64,000 bases of DNA from an uncultured Alphaproteobacteria bacterium (GCA_963709825.1 CAVPXZ010000001.1:90452-154451), one strand, 5' to 3'; positions 1 through 11,068 are shown, counted from the first letter of the stretch. Notes: a model not told the origin generated them from the letters alone. Numbers and translations: made by a program.

Positions 1-2079
1 TTGATCGACGGCATGCAGGGTACGCGCGGACAGATTCGCTCCGGCGGCGATCAAGGCGCCGAGCTGCAGGGCAGCCCGCCGACGGGACCGCCGGTGGCGC
101 TCTATTCCGGCATCGTGACCGTCGGCGCCGACGGCACCGCCGAGGTCGCGTTCGATATCGGCGACTTCGCCGGCACGCTCCGCGTCATGGCGGTGGCCTG
201 GAGCAAAGACCGGATCGGGCAAGCAAACACTGACGTCATCGTGCGCGATCCGGTCGTGCTCACGGCGACGCTGCCGCGCTTTCTTCTTCCCAGCGACCGC
301 TCGAGCCTTCGTCTCGATCTCGACAATGTCGAAGGCCAGGCCGGCGATTATGCGATCGCCGTGACCGGCGCGGACGCGCTCGCCGCCAATGCTAATCAGA
401 AGCTGACCCTGCGGGCGAAGGAGCGCGGCGCGCTGACCGTTCCGCTGACCGCCAGTGCCGCAGGCAGCGGCACCGTTCAGGTCAAAGTGAGCGGGCCCGC
501 AGGTTTTGCGCTCGACCGGAGCTTTGCGCTTACGGTCCGGTCGCCGGCGCAGATCCTGGCGCGGCGCACGGTGACGCCGATCGCCAAAGGCGAAAGCGTG
601 ACGCTGTCGAGCGACATGTTTGCCGACCTCGTCCCCGGCACCGGCGCGGTGTCGATTTCGGCCGGCGCCTCGACGGCGCTCGATGCGGCCGCCTTGCTGG
701 CGGCGCTCGATCGCTATCCGTATCGCTGCTCGGAGCAGATCACGAGCCGCGCGCTCCCGCTTCTCTATGTCAGCGATCTCGCCAAAGACGCGCATATCGC
801 CGTCGATCCGGCGACCGACCAGCGCATTCGCGACGCCATCGACGCTCTCCTCACCCGGCAGGACTCCAACGGCTCGTTCGGGCTCTGGAGCGTCGGCGGC
901 GATGACGTCTGGCTCGACTCCTACGTCACCGACTTTTTGACCCGCGCGCGCGAGCGCAAGATCGCGGTGCCGGACACGGCGTTCAAGCTCGCGCTCGACC
1001 GGCTGCGCAATGTCGTCGCCAACACCACCGATCCGGGCAAGAACGGCGGCACCGATCTCGCCTATGCGCTCTACGTGCTGGCGCGCAACGGCTTGGCGCC
1101 GATCGGCGATTTGCGCTACCTCGCGGACGCCAAGCTCGACGCGCTGTCGACGCCGATTTCCAAGGCGCAAGTCGCCGCCGCGCTCGCCATGGTCGGCGAC
1201 CGCGTCCGCGCCGAGCGCGTCTATGCTGCGGCGCTGGCGGCTATCGCGCCGTCGCCGCAGCCTGATCTGGTCGGCCGCGAGGATTACGGCTCGACCCTTC
1301 GCGACGCCGCAGCGCTCGTGGCGCTGGCGAGCGAAGGCGGCGCGCCGCGCGCCACGGTCCAGGCCGCGGTCCAGCGCGTCGAAGCGGTGCGCGCGAGCTT
1401 GCGCCCGACCTCGACGCAAGAGGATGCGTGGCTGCTGTTGGCCGCCAGCGCCATGGCCAAGGACGCCGGCAAGGTGTCGCTCGATGTCGGCGGTGAGCCG
1501 ATGCAACATCCGCTCTACCGCACCATCCGCGCCGGCGACCTAAAGGAGCCGCTGCGCGTCACCAATACCGGCGAGGACGACGTCAAGGCGGTGGTGACCG
1601 TCACCGGCGCGCCGCTCACGCCCGAGCCCGCGGCGGAAAAAGGCTTCAAGATCGAACGCCTCACCTACACCCCCGATGGCGATCCGGTCGATCCGAAAAC
1701 GGTCAAGCAGAACACGCGCCTCGTGGTGGTGCTGAAAGTGACTGAAGCCCAGCCGCAATTCGGCCGCGTGATCCTTGCCGATTATCTGCCGGCGGGGTTC
1801 GAGATCGACAACCCGCATCTCGTCTCTTCCGGCGATACCGGCACGCTGTCGTGGATCACGGACGCGGTCGAGCCGGCCAAGGCCGAATTCCGCGACGATC
1901 GCTTCACCGCGGCGTTCGACCGCAAGAAGGACGATGCGCCGGTATTCACCGTCGCCTATGTCGTGCGCGCGGTCGCGCCCGGCAAATATGTGCGCCCGCA
2001 GGCGAGCGTCGAGGACATGTATCGGCCCGATCGCTTCGGCCGCACCACCACCGAAAGCGTCGAAGTGACGGCGAAATGA
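1..2079 (+). CDS. alpha-2-macroglobulin family protein, C-terminal ~690 aa (5' end outside window)
   Basis: ORF is open at the window edge. Thioester-type motif YPYRCSEQ. Stop overlaps the next start (ATGA at 2076-2079). A2M next to PbpC is a well-known pairing. Confidence 0.85.
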   Translation: MIDGMQGTRGQIRSGGDQGAELQGSPPTGPPVALYSGIVTVGADGTAEVAFDIGDFAGTLRVMAVAWSKDRIGQANTDVIVRDPVVLTATLPRFLLPSDRSSLRLDLDNVEGQAGDYAIAVTGADALAANANQKLTLRAKERGALTVPLTASAAGSGTVQVKVSGPAGFALDRSFALTVRSPAQILARRTVTPIAKGESVTLSSDMFADLVPGTGAVSISAGASTALDAAALLAALDRYPYRCSEQITSRALPLLYVSDLAKDAHIAVDPATDQRIRDAIDALLTRQDSNGSFGLWSVGGDDVWLDSYVTDFLTRARERKIAVPDTAFKLALDRLRNVVANTTDPGKNGGTDLAYALYVLARNGLAPIGDLRYLADAKLDALSTPISKAQVAAALAMVGDRVRAERVYAAALAAIAPSPQPDLVGREDYGSTLRDAAALVALASEGGAPRATVQAAVQRVEAVRASLRPTSTQEDAWLLLAASAMAKDAGKVSLDVGGEPMQHPLYRTIRAGDLKEPLRVTNTGEDDVKAVVTVTGAPLTPEPAAEKGFKIERLTYTPDGDPVDPKTVKQNTRLVVVLKVTEAQPQFGRVILADYLPAGFEIDNPHLVSSGDTGTLSWITDAVEPAKAEFRDDRFTAAFDRKKDDAPVFTVAYVVRAVAPGKYVRPQASVEDMYRPDRFGRTTTESVEVTAK

Positions 2080-4361
2080 CTGTGTCGGCGGATACGCCTG
2101 CTGGCGCCGGCTCGGCTCATTCTCGCGCAAGCGGGAATCCGGACGGTGAACGTGGCGGCACAGCCGAATCCGGGTCACCACTTCCGCGGGGACGAGCGGG
2201 AGAGGGCTCTCGTCTTCGCTCGCGCGGACTTCTTCTCGTTGCCGCATCGCTGGTTTGTGTCGCGGTGCTTGGTGCCGCTGCGTATTGGATCGGATCGCTC
2301 GGCCCGCCACCGCTCGGCAAGGACCTCGAAGTCTCGACCCGCGTGGTCGATCGTGATGGTCGGCTGCTGCGCGCTTACGCCACCAGCGAAGGCCGTTGGC
2401 GTTTGCCGGTCCAGATCGCCGATGTCGATCCGCGCTTTTTCGACCTGTTGTTCACCTATGAGGACAAGCGCTTCCGCGCGCATCACGGCGTCGATCCGCT
2501 GGCGCTTGCTCGCGCGGCATTCCAGCTCGCAACCAGCGGCCGGATTCGGTCCGGCGGTTCGACGCTGACCATGCAAGTAGCGCGGCTTCTGGAGCCGCGC
2601 AGCGGCCGAAGCTTTGTCGCCAAGCTCCGCCAGATGGTGCGCGCCATCGAAATCGAGCGCGCATTGAGCAAAAACGAGATACTCGCGCTTTATCTCGTTC
2701 TCGCGCCTTATGGCGGTAACATTGAGGGCGTCCGCGCCGCCTCGCTCGCCTATTTCGGTAAGGAGCCGCGCCGGCTGTCGCTGGGCGAATTAGCCCTCCT
2801 GGTGGCCTTGCCGCAATCGCCGGAAGGCAGAAGGCCGGACCGATCTGCCGACGCAGCGCGGCAAGCGAGAAGCCGGGTACTTGACCGCTTTGCAGCGACA
2901 AGCACCGTGCCGGCTGATGAGATCGCGCTCGCCAAAGCGGAACCGGTGCCGGCGGACCGCCGGCCGATGCCCATGTTGGCGCCGCACGCGGCGGATCGGG
3001 CGGTCGCCGAAGCCCCGCGGGGTAGCGAGATACGGCTCACGATTGATGCCGACCTGCAGAGAAATCTGGAACAGCTGGCGCGCGAACGCGTCCGCACGCT
3101 GGCGGCAACGCTTGGTCCCGATATCTCGCTCGCGATCCTTGTCGTCGACAATGCAACCGGCGCAGTCGAGGCCCATATCGGCTCGCCCGAGTATTTCGAC
3201 GAGCGTCGCGCCGGTCAGGTGGACATGACGCAAGCGCTCCGTTCACCCGGCTCGACGCTCAAGCCGTTCATCTATGGGCTCGGCTTTGAGGATGGCTTCA
3301 TCCACCCGGAGACATTGATCGACGATCGGCCGGCGCGTTACGGCAGCTATGCGCCGCAGAACTTCGATTTCACATTCCAGGGCACGGTGACGGTCCGCAA
3401 GGCGTTGCAGCAATCGCTCAACCTGCCCGCGCTGGCTGTGCTCGACCAGGTCGGCGCCAGCCGCCTGACCGCGCGGTTGGCGCAGGCTGGCGCTACGCTG
3501 GTTTTGCCGGAGGGCGAGCCTCCCGGTCTCGCCATCGGTCTCGGCGGCGTCGGCATCAAGCTTTCCGATCTGGTGATGCTGTATGCCGGCATCGCCCGGC
3601 TGGGCACGTCGTTGCCGCTCACCGAGCGCGTGGGGTTTCCTGCCGGCAAAGGCGAGGGGGTTCGCCTCCTGGAGCCGGTGGCGGCGTGGTATGTCAGCCA
3701 TGTGCTCCTCGGCACGCCGCCGCCTGAAAATGGCGCTCCTGGCCGGATCGCGTTCAAGACCGGCACCAGCTATGGCTACCGCGATGGCTGGTCGATCGGC
3801 TTCGACGGCAAGCACACCATCGGTGTCTGGGTCGGCCGGCCCGATGGCGCGCCGGTGCCGGGACTGGTCGGACGCAGTGCGGCGGCGCCGATTCTGTTTG
3901 ACGCGTTCGCCCGGCTGCTAACGCAGCCGGTGCCGCTGCCGCGCGCACCCAAAGGAGTCGTGACGGCAACGAGCGCCAAATTGCCGCCGCCGCTCAGGCA
4001 TTTCGCGCCGGGCGAGCGCGGCGGCGAAGCCGCACAGGGCCGGCTCCATATCCTGTTTCCGCCCGATGGCGCCCGGCTCGAATTGCGCAGCGCCGACAGC
4101 AGGCCGGCTCCCGTTCCTCTGAAAGTGACGGGTGCGGTTGCGCCGCTGACCGTTCTCGTCAATGGCAGCCCGGCGTCGGCGCAGCCGCGCGGCACTCTTT
4201 TCTTTCAGCCCGATGGCCCGGGATTTGCGCGCGTGACGGTGATTGACGGCTCCGGAGCCGCCGCCAGCGTTCTGCTGCGCTTCGAGGACGGCACGTCTGC
4301 AAGGGCCCCTGTGCCGCAGACGCAGTCGAGCTGTCCGCTGGCGCAATGCGCCCAGCCCTGA
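2076..4361 (+). CDS. pbpC: penicillin-binding protein 1C (bifunctional transglycosylase/transpeptidase)
   Basis: GT51 motifs YEDKRFRAHHGVDP and GGSTLTMQ. Transpeptidase motifs STLKP (SxxK) and KTGTS. N-terminal TM helix LLLVAASLVCVAVLGAAAYW. ATG 2076 is the only start in frame upstream of the TM helix. Confidence 0.85.
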   Translation: MTVSADTPAGAGSAHSRASGNPDGERGGTAESGSPLPRGRAGEGSRLRSRGLLLVAASLVCVAVLGAAAYWIGSLGPPPLGKDLEVSTRVVDRDGRLLRAYATSEGRWRLPVQIADVDPRFFDLLFTYEDKRFRAHHGVDPLALARAAFQLATSGRIRSGGSTLTMQVARLLEPRSGRSFVAKLRQMVRAIEIERALSKNEILALYLVLAPYGGNIEGVRAASLAYFGKEPRRLSLGELALLVALPQSPEGRRPDRSADAARQARSRVLDRFAATSTVPADEIALAKAEPVPADRRPMPMLAPHAADRAVAEAPRGSEIRLTIDADLQRNLEQLARERVRTLAATLGPDISLAILVVDNATGAVEAHIGSPEYFDERRAGQVDMTQALRSPGSTLKPFIYGLGFEDGFIHPETLIDDRPARYGSYAPQNFDFTFQGTVTVRKALQQSLNLPALAVLDQVGASRLTARLAQAGATLVLPEGEPPGLAIGLGGVGIKLSDLVMLYAGIARLGTSLPLTERVGFPAGKGEGVRLLEPVAAWYVSHVLLGTPPPENGAPGRIAFKTGTSYGYRDGWSIGFDGKHTIGVWVGRPDGAPVPGLVGRSAAAPILFDAFARLLTQPVPLPRAPKGVVTATSAKLPPPLRHFAPGERGGEAAQGRLHILFPPDGARLELRSADSRPAPVPLKVTGAVAPLTVLVNGSPASAQPRGTLFFQPDGPGFARVTVIDGSGAAASVLLRFEDGTSARAPVPQTQSSCPLAQCAQP
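2113..2200. repeat. REP-like palindromic element inside the pbpC 5' coding region
   Basis: Palindrome attctcgc-gcaa-gcgggaat (2119-2138) plus ...tccgcggggacgagcgg. Reverse-complement relative of the intergenic element at 28268-28330. Confidence 0.6.
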
Positions 4362-4424
4362 ACGCTCCTTCCCCGGCGCGGGGGTGTTCACTATGGTCGG
4401 GGCGCATTCGTACCCGGGAGAGGC

Positions 4425-5300
4425 ATGAGCACGAGTAACGGCGCAGCGCCGCGGTCTTTTCGGCTGGCAATAGCGATTGTCACGCTGTTCGCAGTGCTTC
4501 AGCGCACAGGAGTCAATCTTTACCGCTGGTGCATCGTTCTTGCGCGCGCGCCGCGAGCGCGGCTCCCGGGCGTCGGTCCCGCAGCCTTCATCGCGGCTGC
4601 TGTGACGGTTGCAGTGATCGTCGCATCGATGTTTTTTCTCGATGCGGCGGCGAGCGAATGGGCGCGCCATCTGCCGGCCTGGCTTACCGGGCCGGCCGAC
4701 GAAATCACCAATTTCGGTCTGTCCAGCCGGTTTCTCTACCCGCTTGGATTTATCCTTGTGGTTCTCGCCGCCATGTTGCGGCCGTCGCTGCCGGCCATGA
4801 CAGCGGGTACGATCGTCGCGCTGGCCGGACGCTTCGGCTTTGTGTTCGTGGCGATTGCGCTGCCGAGCCTGTTCGACACCACCATCAAGCGCATGATCGG
4901 CCGGGCGCGTCCCTATGTCGGCACTCACGACAATCCATTTGCCTACAGGCCGTTCATCTGGCGGGCCGAATACGCCAGCATGCCGTCGGGCCATGCGACG
5001 ACCGCGGCAGCCGCAGCGATTGCGATCGGCGCCATCTGGCCGCGGCTGCGCGGCGTCATGTGGCTCTACGCGCTGATCATCATGCTGACCCGCGTCGTCA
5101 TCAACGTCCACCACCCAAGCGATGTGCTTGCCGGCGCGCTGGTCGGCGTGATCGGCGCGTTGCTGATACGCCGCTGGTTTGCCGCGCGCGGCCTGGTATT
5201 TTCTGCCAGCGATTTACGGCCTTATCCGGGGCCGTCATGGCGGCGTCTCAAGGCCGCCGCTCGCCAGATCGTTGGTCGGTCGATCACAAACGTCCCCTGA
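4425..5300 (+). CDS. PAP2-family phosphatase (phosphatidic acid phosphatase type 2 / undecaprenyl-PP phosphatase-like), membrane protein
   Basis: PAP2 motifs KRMIGRARP, SMPSGHAT and RVVINVHHPSDV. Several hydrophobic helices. RBS gggagagg before the ATG. Confidence 0.8.
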   Translation: MSTSNGAAPRSFRLAIAIVTLFAVLQRTGVNLYRWCIVLARAPRARLPGVGPAAFIAAAVTVAVIVASMFFLDAAASEWARHLPAWLTGPADEITNFGLSSRFLYPLGFILVVLAAMLRPSLPAMTAGTIVALAGRFGFVFVAIALPSLFDTTIKRMIGRARPYVGTHDNPFAYRPFIWRAEYASMPSGHATTAAAAAIAIGAIWPRLRGVMWLYALIIMLTRVVINVHHPSDVLAGALVGVIGALLIRRWFAARGLVFSASDLRPYPGPSWRRLKAAARQIVGRSITNVP

Positions 5301-5309
5301 GTGAGCGCG

Positions 5310-6512
5310 TTACGTGCGCGCCGCCTCGGCGAGCGCGGCAAAGCCGCGTTCGAGGTCGGCGATCAGGTCCTCGACGGCTTCAAGCCCGATGTGGAAGCGC
5401 ACCGTCGGGCCGCCCGGCGCCCAGCGCGTGGCGGTGCGTACGCTGCTGCAGTCGAACGGAATGGCGAGGCTTTCGTACCCGCCCCAGGAGGCGCCGATGC
5501 CAAAGAGGTCAAGCGAATCGAGAAACGCATACACCGCCTTCTGCGGCACCGGATTAAGTACGACGCTGAACAATCCCGACGCCCCGGTGAAATCGCGTTG
5601 CCACAGCGCGTGGCCGGGATGACCGGCCATCGCCGGATGCAGCATTCGCATCACTTCGGGCCGTTGCTCCAGCCAGCGGGCCACGGCGAGGCCGGACCGA
5701 TTATGGCGATCGAGTCGCACCGCGAGCGTTCGCAGCCCGCGGAGCCCGAGATAAATATCGTCGGGACCGACGCATAATCCGCTCAAGTGCACATAATTGT
5801 TCAGGCCGGCCAGCGTCGCAGTGTTGGCCGCCACCGTGCCGATCATGACGTCGGCATGGCCGCCGAAATATTTGGTGCCGGCATGGATCGAGAGATCCAC
5901 GCCGAAATCGAGCGCGCGAAAATAGAGCGGCGTCGCCCAGGTATTGTCCATGAGCACGAGGGCGCCTTTGGCATGAGCTGCCCGGGCAATCGCCGGGACG
6001 TCCTGCATCTCGAAACTCAGCGAACCGGGCAATTCGGCGAAGACGGCGCGGGTGTTTTCCCGAATCAGCGCGTCGATCCCGCCCCCGATGAGGGGATCGT
6101 AATAGGTGGTGGTGACGCCGAGCCGGGTCAGGATCTGGTCGCAAAACGTCCGCGTCGGTCCGTAGACGCTGTCGGTGACCAGCAGATGGTCACCTGCCCG
6201 CACAACCGACGATATCGCCGCTGCAATCGCCCCCAGTCCCGAAGGCAAAAGCGCGACGCCGGCGCATTGCGGCCCTTCCAGCTCCTGCACGGCGAATTCG
6301 AGCGCTTCGGTCGTCGGCGTGCCGCGACGGCCGTACTGATAGCGGGCGCGGCGGGCGACGAAATCCTCGGCGCTGGGATAAAGTACCGTCGAAGCGTGGT
6401 AGACTGGCGGGTTGACAAAGCCGTATTGGGCGGCGGGATCGCGCCCGGCATTCACCACCCGGGTATCCGGATGGCGCGCCGGGGAGCCGTCGCCTTTGCC
6501 GCCGTCATTCAT
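5310..6512 (-). CDS. metC: cystathionine beta-lyase (Cys/Met-metabolism PLP enzyme)
   Basis: The 589-aa ORF is trimmed to the internal ATG at 6512 (MNDGGKG...). Sequence reads TRVVNAGRDP...VNPPVYHASTVLY, typical of the MetC N-terminus. PLP-lysine region SIHAGTKYFGGHAD. Confidence 0.8.
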   Translation of the reverse strand: MNDGGKGDGSPARHPDTRVVNAGRDPAAQYGFVNPPVYHASTVLYPSAEDFVARRARYQYGRRGTPTTEALEFAVQELEGPQCAGVALLPSGLGAIAAAISSVVRAGDHLLVTDSVYGPTRTFCDQILTRLGVTTTYYDPLIGGGIDALIRENTRAVFAELPGSLSFEMQDVPAIARAAHAKGALVLMDNTWATPLYFRALDFGVDLSIHAGTKYFGGHADVMIGTVAANTATLAGLNNYVHLSGLCVGPDDIYLGLRGLRTLAVRLDRHNRSGLAVARWLEQRPEVMRMLHPAMAGHPGHALWQRDFTGASGLFSVVLNPVPQKAVYAFLDSLDLFGIGASWGGYESLAIPFDCSSVRTATRWAPGGPTVRFHIGLEAVEDLIADLERGFAALAEAART

Positions 6513-6717
6513 GGCCAATGTCTCTCGCGTAGCTCGCCGGACGCGCGAGGAGCGCCTCCATGCAATTAATCCCGCCATTACTTCGGCATCGGTCGCCCTC
6601 GTCAACCCTTGACCTTGCACTATGATCGTTCTCAGATGCCGCCCGGCTGGAGAACTGCCGCAAACGCGCCCGGGGGACCAAGCTCCGGCGCAGCCGCCCA
6701 TCCTGAAAGGCTCGATC

Positions 6718-7734
6718 ATGAAACGCCTCGCTACGGCAATCGCGTTGGCAACGGTACTTGCGTTCGGAATGCAGGCGGCCGTGGCAGAGACGCTCGCGAC
6801 CATCAAGGATCGCGGCGAGCTGATCTGCGGCGCGAACGGCACACTGGCCGGCTTTGGCCTGCCCGACCCGCAGGGCAACTGGGTCGGCTTCGACGTCGAT
6901 TTTTGCCGCGCCATCGCCGCGGCGATTTTTAACGATCCGACCAAGGTGAAGTTCGTGCCCCTGACGGCGAAGGATCGCTTCACCGCGCTGCAATCGGGCG
7001 AAATCGACGTGCTGTCGCGCAACACGAGCTGGACGCTGTCGCGCGACACCTCGCTCGGGCTCGATTTCCCCGCCGTCACTTTCTATGACGGCCAAGGCTT
7101 TATGGTGCATAAGGCGCTCAAGGTGAGCTCGGCGCTGGAGCTCAACGATGCGTCGGTGTGCGTGCAGCAAGGCACCACCAGCGAGCTTAATCTCACCGAT
7201 TATTTCCGCACCAACCACATGGGTCTGAAGACGGTGGCCTTCGCAACCGCCGACGAGGCGCTCAAGGCCTATAAATCCGGCCGCTGCAATTCCTATACCA
7301 CCAACTCATCCGGCCTTTACGGCGAACGGTTGCGACTCGCCGAGCCGACCCAGCACCTGGTGCTGCCGGAGATCATTTCCAAGGAGCCGCTCAGTCCGGT
7401 GGTGCGTCATGGCGACGATCAGTGGACCGACATTGTGCGCTGGACGCACTTTGTCATGATCGATGCCGAGGAGCTGGGGATAAGCAAAGCCAATGTGGAT
7501 GAAAAGAAGAAATCAGAAGATCCGGAAACACGGCGGCTCCTTGGCGTCGAGGGTCAATATGGCGAGGCGCTGGGCCTGACCAACGATTGGGCGTATCGCA
7601 TCATCAAACATGTCGGCAATTACGGCGAGAGCTTTGAGCGCAATATCGGGCAGGGCTCGCCGCTGAGGATCGTGCGCGGGCTGAACGCACTGTGGACCAA
7701 GGGCGGCCTGCAATACGGCCCGCCGATCCGCTGA
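6718..7734 (+). CDS. aapJ: general L-amino acid ABC transporter substrate-binding protein
   Basis: Signal peptide MKRLATAIALATVLAFGMQAAVA. Family 3 SBP sequence. First gene of a J-Q-M-P order, with subunit sizes matching Rhizobium AapJQMP. Confidence 0.85.
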   Translation: MKRLATAIALATVLAFGMQAAVAETLATIKDRGELICGANGTLAGFGLPDPQGNWVGFDVDFCRAIAAAIFNDPTKVKFVPLTAKDRFTALQSGEIDVLSRNTSWTLSRDTSLGLDFPAVTFYDGQGFMVHKALKVSSALELNDASVCVQQGTTSELNLTDYFRTNHMGLKTVAFATADEALKAYKSGRCNSYTTNSSGLYGERLRLAEPTQHLVLPEIISKEPLSPVVRHGDDQWTDIVRWTHFVMIDAEELGISKANVDEKKKSEDPETRRLLGVEGQYGEALGLTNDWAYRIIKHVGNYGESFERNIGQGSPLRIVRGLNALWTKGGLQYGPPIR

Positions 7735-7775
7735 AGCGCCTGTTGCACGCCGATCGTTGGGCGTGCGCCTAGCTG

Positions 7776-8963
7776 ATGGCAGAGAACGTTCAAGGCTCAC
7801 TGCAGCGCGATCCGATGCACCACGCACGCCGCCTCGGCAGCGTCGCAGCGCAGATCGTTCTCATCGTTCTGATCGGCGGCCTTGCCTACGGCGCGGCCAT
7901 CAATGTGGTGCAAAATCTCGCGCGCGCCCACGTCGCTTCCGGCTTCGGCTTCTGGAACAACACCGCCGGCTTCGATATCAGCCAGACCCTGATCGCGTAT
8001 TCGGCGAGCACATCGACCTTCGGCCGTGCGTTCTGGGTCGGCCTCCTCAACACCCTTCTGGTCGCCGCGATCGGCATCGTGCTCGCGACCATCCTGGGTT
8101 TCATCATCGGTATCGCGCGGCTATCGCGCAATTGGCTGGTGGCGCGGCTCGCAGGCGGCTACGTCGAATTGATCCGCAACGTACCGCTCTTGCTGCAACT
8201 GTTGTTTTGGTACAACGCCGTGCTCAAATCGCTGCCGCAGTTGCGCGGCAGCGTCGCGCTTCCCGGCGGCGGCATTCTCAATAATCGCGGCCTGTTTCTG
8301 CCACGGCCGGAATTCGGCCCGCATTTCAGCGCCGTCCTCCTGGCCTTGCTGGCCGGTGCCGTCGCCGCGATCGGCCTGCGGGAGTTCGCCCGGCGGCGCC
8401 GCGAGCGCACCGGCGTGGAAATGCGGGTGCTTTGGCCAGCGGTTGGGCTCGTTGTCGGATTGCCGCTCGCGGTCTTTGTGCTGGCCGGATTTCCGCTGTC
8501 CTTCAGCGTGCCGCAGCTCGGCCGCTTCAATGTGAGCGGCGGCGTCGAAATCCTGCCGGAGTTCGCCGCGCTCGTTGTCGCACTCACGGTTTATACGGCC
8601 GCCTTCATCGCCGAGGTCGTGCGCGCCGGCGTGCTCGCCGTGCCTTCGGGTCAGAGCGAAGCCGCCCACGCGCTTGGGCTTCGTTCCGGCGCGACGCTGC
8701 GGCTGGTCGTCGTCCCGCAGGCGATGCGGGTCATCGTTCCGCCGCTGACCAGCCAGTACCTCAATCTGATCAAGAACTCGTCGCTCGCCGTCGCGATCGG
8801 TTATCCCGATCTGGTTCAGGTCTTTGCCGGCAGCGTGCTCAACATCACCGGCCAGGCGGTCGAGGTGATCGCCATCACCATGGCGGTCTATCTCGCCATC
8901 AGCCTGTTCACGTCGGCCCTGATGAATCTCTATGGGCGGACGACCGCGATCGCGGAGCGCTGA
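7776..8963 (+). CDS. aapQ: general L-amino acid ABC transporter permease
   Basis: 395 aa and multi-TM. His/Glu/Gln/Arg-type permease EAA region (SGQSEAAHALGL). Confidence 0.85.
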   Translation: MAENVQGSLQRDPMHHARRLGSVAAQIVLIVLIGGLAYGAAINVVQNLARAHVASGFGFWNNTAGFDISQTLIAYSASTSTFGRAFWVGLLNTLLVAAIGIVLATILGFIIGIARLSRNWLVARLAGGYVELIRNVPLLLQLLFWYNAVLKSLPQLRGSVALPGGGILNNRGLFLPRPEFGPHFSAVLLALLAGAVAAIGLREFARRRRERTGVEMRVLWPAVGLVVGLPLAVFVLAGFPLSFSVPQLGRFNVSGGVEILPEFAALVVALTVYTAAFIAEVVRAGVLAVPSGQSEAAHALGLRSGATLRLVVVPQAMRVIVPPLTSQYLNLIKNSSLAVAIGYPDLVQVFAGSVLNITGQAVEVIAITMAVYLAISLFTSALMNLYGRTTAIAER

Positions 8964-8970
8964 CTTTGCG

Positions 8971-10125
8971 ATGAGCGCCATCGGCGATCAGTCGATCTCC
9001 TATCTGCGTCGCACGGCGGCGGAGCGGCTGCCGCCGCCGCTAGCGCCAACCGGCCCATTCGGCTGGCTCAAGGCTAACCTTTTTTCGAGTCCGGCCAACA
9101 TCGCACTGACGCTCGTCTGCGTGCTGTTTGCCCTCTGGGCGGTGCCCCCGCTGGTGCGCTTCTTTCTCATCGACGCGGTCTGGTCCGGAACCGACCGCGA
9201 GGCCTGCCTTGCTTCGCTTGCGCAGCCGTATCCGGGTGCCTGCTGGGCGTTCGTGCGCGTATGGGGCTCTTATTTCGTCTACGGCTTTTACCCGGTCGGC
9301 GCGCGCTGGCGGGTTGATGTTTTCTTTCTGGCTTTGGCGTTCGGCATTGTCTGGCTGTTGCGGCTATCGGCGCCGCGCCGCGGCATCGGCGCCGTCTATT
9401 TTTTTGTGGTATTGCCAATTCTTTCTTTCGTGCTGCTTCATGGCGCCCCGTTCCTTGGACTTAGCGTTGTCCCGACCACGCTATGGGGCGGCATTCTGGT
9501 GACCGTCGTGGTTGCCACCATCGGCATCGTGTTCTCGCTGCCGCTGGGCATCCTGCTGGCGTTGGCGCGCCGCTCCGACCTGCCGGTGGTGCGGTGGGCC
9601 GCGGTCGCGTTCATCGAATTTGTCCGCGGCGTGCCGTTGATCACCGTGTTGTTCATGGCGAGCGTGATGCTGCCGCTGTTCGTTCCCGAACGCCTGGCGC
9701 CGGACAAGCTTATTCGCGCGCTGATCGGCGTTGCGCTGTTCGCGTCCGCCTACATGGCCGAGGTGGTGCGTGGCGGCCTTGCCGCGGTCCCGCCCGGGCA
9801 ATACCAGGCGGCGCGGGCGCTTGGACTGACCTATTGGCGCATGATGCGGCTCGTCATCCTGCCGCAGGCGTTGCGCGTTACGCTGCCGAACATCGTCAAT
9901 ACCTTCATCGGCTTGTTCAAGGACACCACGCTGGTTTTCATCGTCGGCATTTTCGATTTCCTGCACACGATCGAGGCCGCGCGCGCCGACCCGAAATGGG
10001 CCGCGCCGAATATTCCGGTTACCGGCTATGCCTTCGCCGCGCTCTTCTACTTCATCTGCTGCTATGGCATGTCACGCTATGCACGCGGCGTGGAAACGCG
10101 GTTGACCCGCGCCGGCCGGCGCTAA
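8971..10125 (+). CDS. aapM: general L-amino acid ABC transporter permease
   Basis: 384 aa from ATG 8971, multi-TM. EAA-type motif [16 protein letters not shown]. Confidence 0.85.
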   Translation: MSAIGDQSISYLRRTAAERLPPPLAPTGPFGWLKANLFSSPANIALTLVCVLFALWAVPPLVRFFLIDAVWSGTDREACLASLAQPYPGACWAFVRVWGSYFVYGFYPVGARWRVDVFFLALAFGIVWLLRLSAPRRGIGAVYFFVVLPILSFVLLHGAPFLGLSVVPTTLWGGILVTVVVATIGIVFSLPLGILLALARRSDLPVVRWAAVAFIEFVRGVPLITVLFMASVMLPLFVPERLAPDKLIRALIGVALFASAYMAEVVRGGLAAVPPGQYQAARALGLTYWRMMRLVILPQALRVTLPNIVNTFIGLFKDTTLVFIVGIFDFLHTIEAARADPKWAAPNIPVTGYAFAALFYFICCYGMSRYARGVETRLTRAGRR

Positions 10126-10135
10126 CGGGGCGTTG

Positions 10136-10912
10136 ATGGAAGAGCGTTCGAACCAATCGAGTGCCGGTACGCTGCTGCCGGAGGTGGCGGTTGAAATCAC
10201 GGGCCTGCACAAGTGGTACGGCAGCTTCCACGTCTTGCGCGACATCAATCTGAACGTCGCCCGCGGCGAGCGGGTCGTCATCTGCGGTCCGTCCGGCAGC
10301 GGCAAGTCGACGCTGCTGCGCTGCATCAACCGGCTCGAAGACTGGCAGCGCGGCCGCATTGTCGTCGACGGCGTCGAGCTGACCGAGGACCCCAAGCAGA
10401 TCCTGGCGGTGCGCCGCGACGTTGGCATGGTGTTTCAGCAGTTCAATCTGTTTCCGCATCTCACCGTGCTGGAGAACTGCACGCTGGCGCCGATCTGGGT
10501 GCGGCACATGCCGAAGCGGGAAGCCGAGGCGTTGGCGATGAATTATCTCGCTCGCGTGAAGATACCGGAGCAGGCCAACAAATATCCGGCGCGCCTGTCC
10601 GGCGGCCAGCAGCAGCGCGTGGCAATTGCGCGCGCCCTGTGCATGAATCCGAACATCATGCTGTTCGATGAACCCACGTCAGCGCTCGACCCGGAGATGG
10701 TCAAGGAGGTACTCGACACCATGGTGGAACTCGCCAGTGACGGTATCACCATGCTGGTGGTTTCCCACGAGATGGGTTTTGCCCGACAGGTCGCCGACCG
10801 CGTGATCTTCATGGATGACGGGCAGATCGTCGAAATTAACGCGCCGAAGAATTTCTTTGATCACCCGCAGCACGAACGCACGCGGCTATTTCTTAAACAG
10901 ATACTTCATTGA
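10136..10912 (+). CDS. aapP: general L-amino acid ABC transporter ATP-binding protein
   Basis: Walker [10 protein letters not shown], signature LSGGQQQR, Walker [13 protein letters not shown]. Confidence 0.9.
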   Translation: MEERSNQSSAGTLLPEVAVEITGLHKWYGSFHVLRDINLNVARGERVVICGPSGSGKSTLLRCINRLEDWQRGRIVVDGVELTEDPKQILAVRRDVGMVFQQFNLFPHLTVLENCTLAPIWVRHMPKREAEALAMNYLARVKIPEQANKYPARLSGGQQQRVAIARALCMNPNIMLFDEPTSALDPEMVKEVLDTMVELASDGITMLVVSHEMGFARQVADRVIFMDDGQIVEINAPKNFFDHPQHERTRLFLKQILH

Positions 10913-11068
10913 TGGTACCGAATGCGACATTCATCCAATGTTCATTTTGGAACAAAAAATTACCAAGCTTTAATCTGCTCGTAAGCCGCCTGACCAAACT
11001 TTAACTTGTGCATCGGCCGCGCCGGCATTCTACTCGCCCGCACATTGAATATTGTTTTGGAGGAGAAC

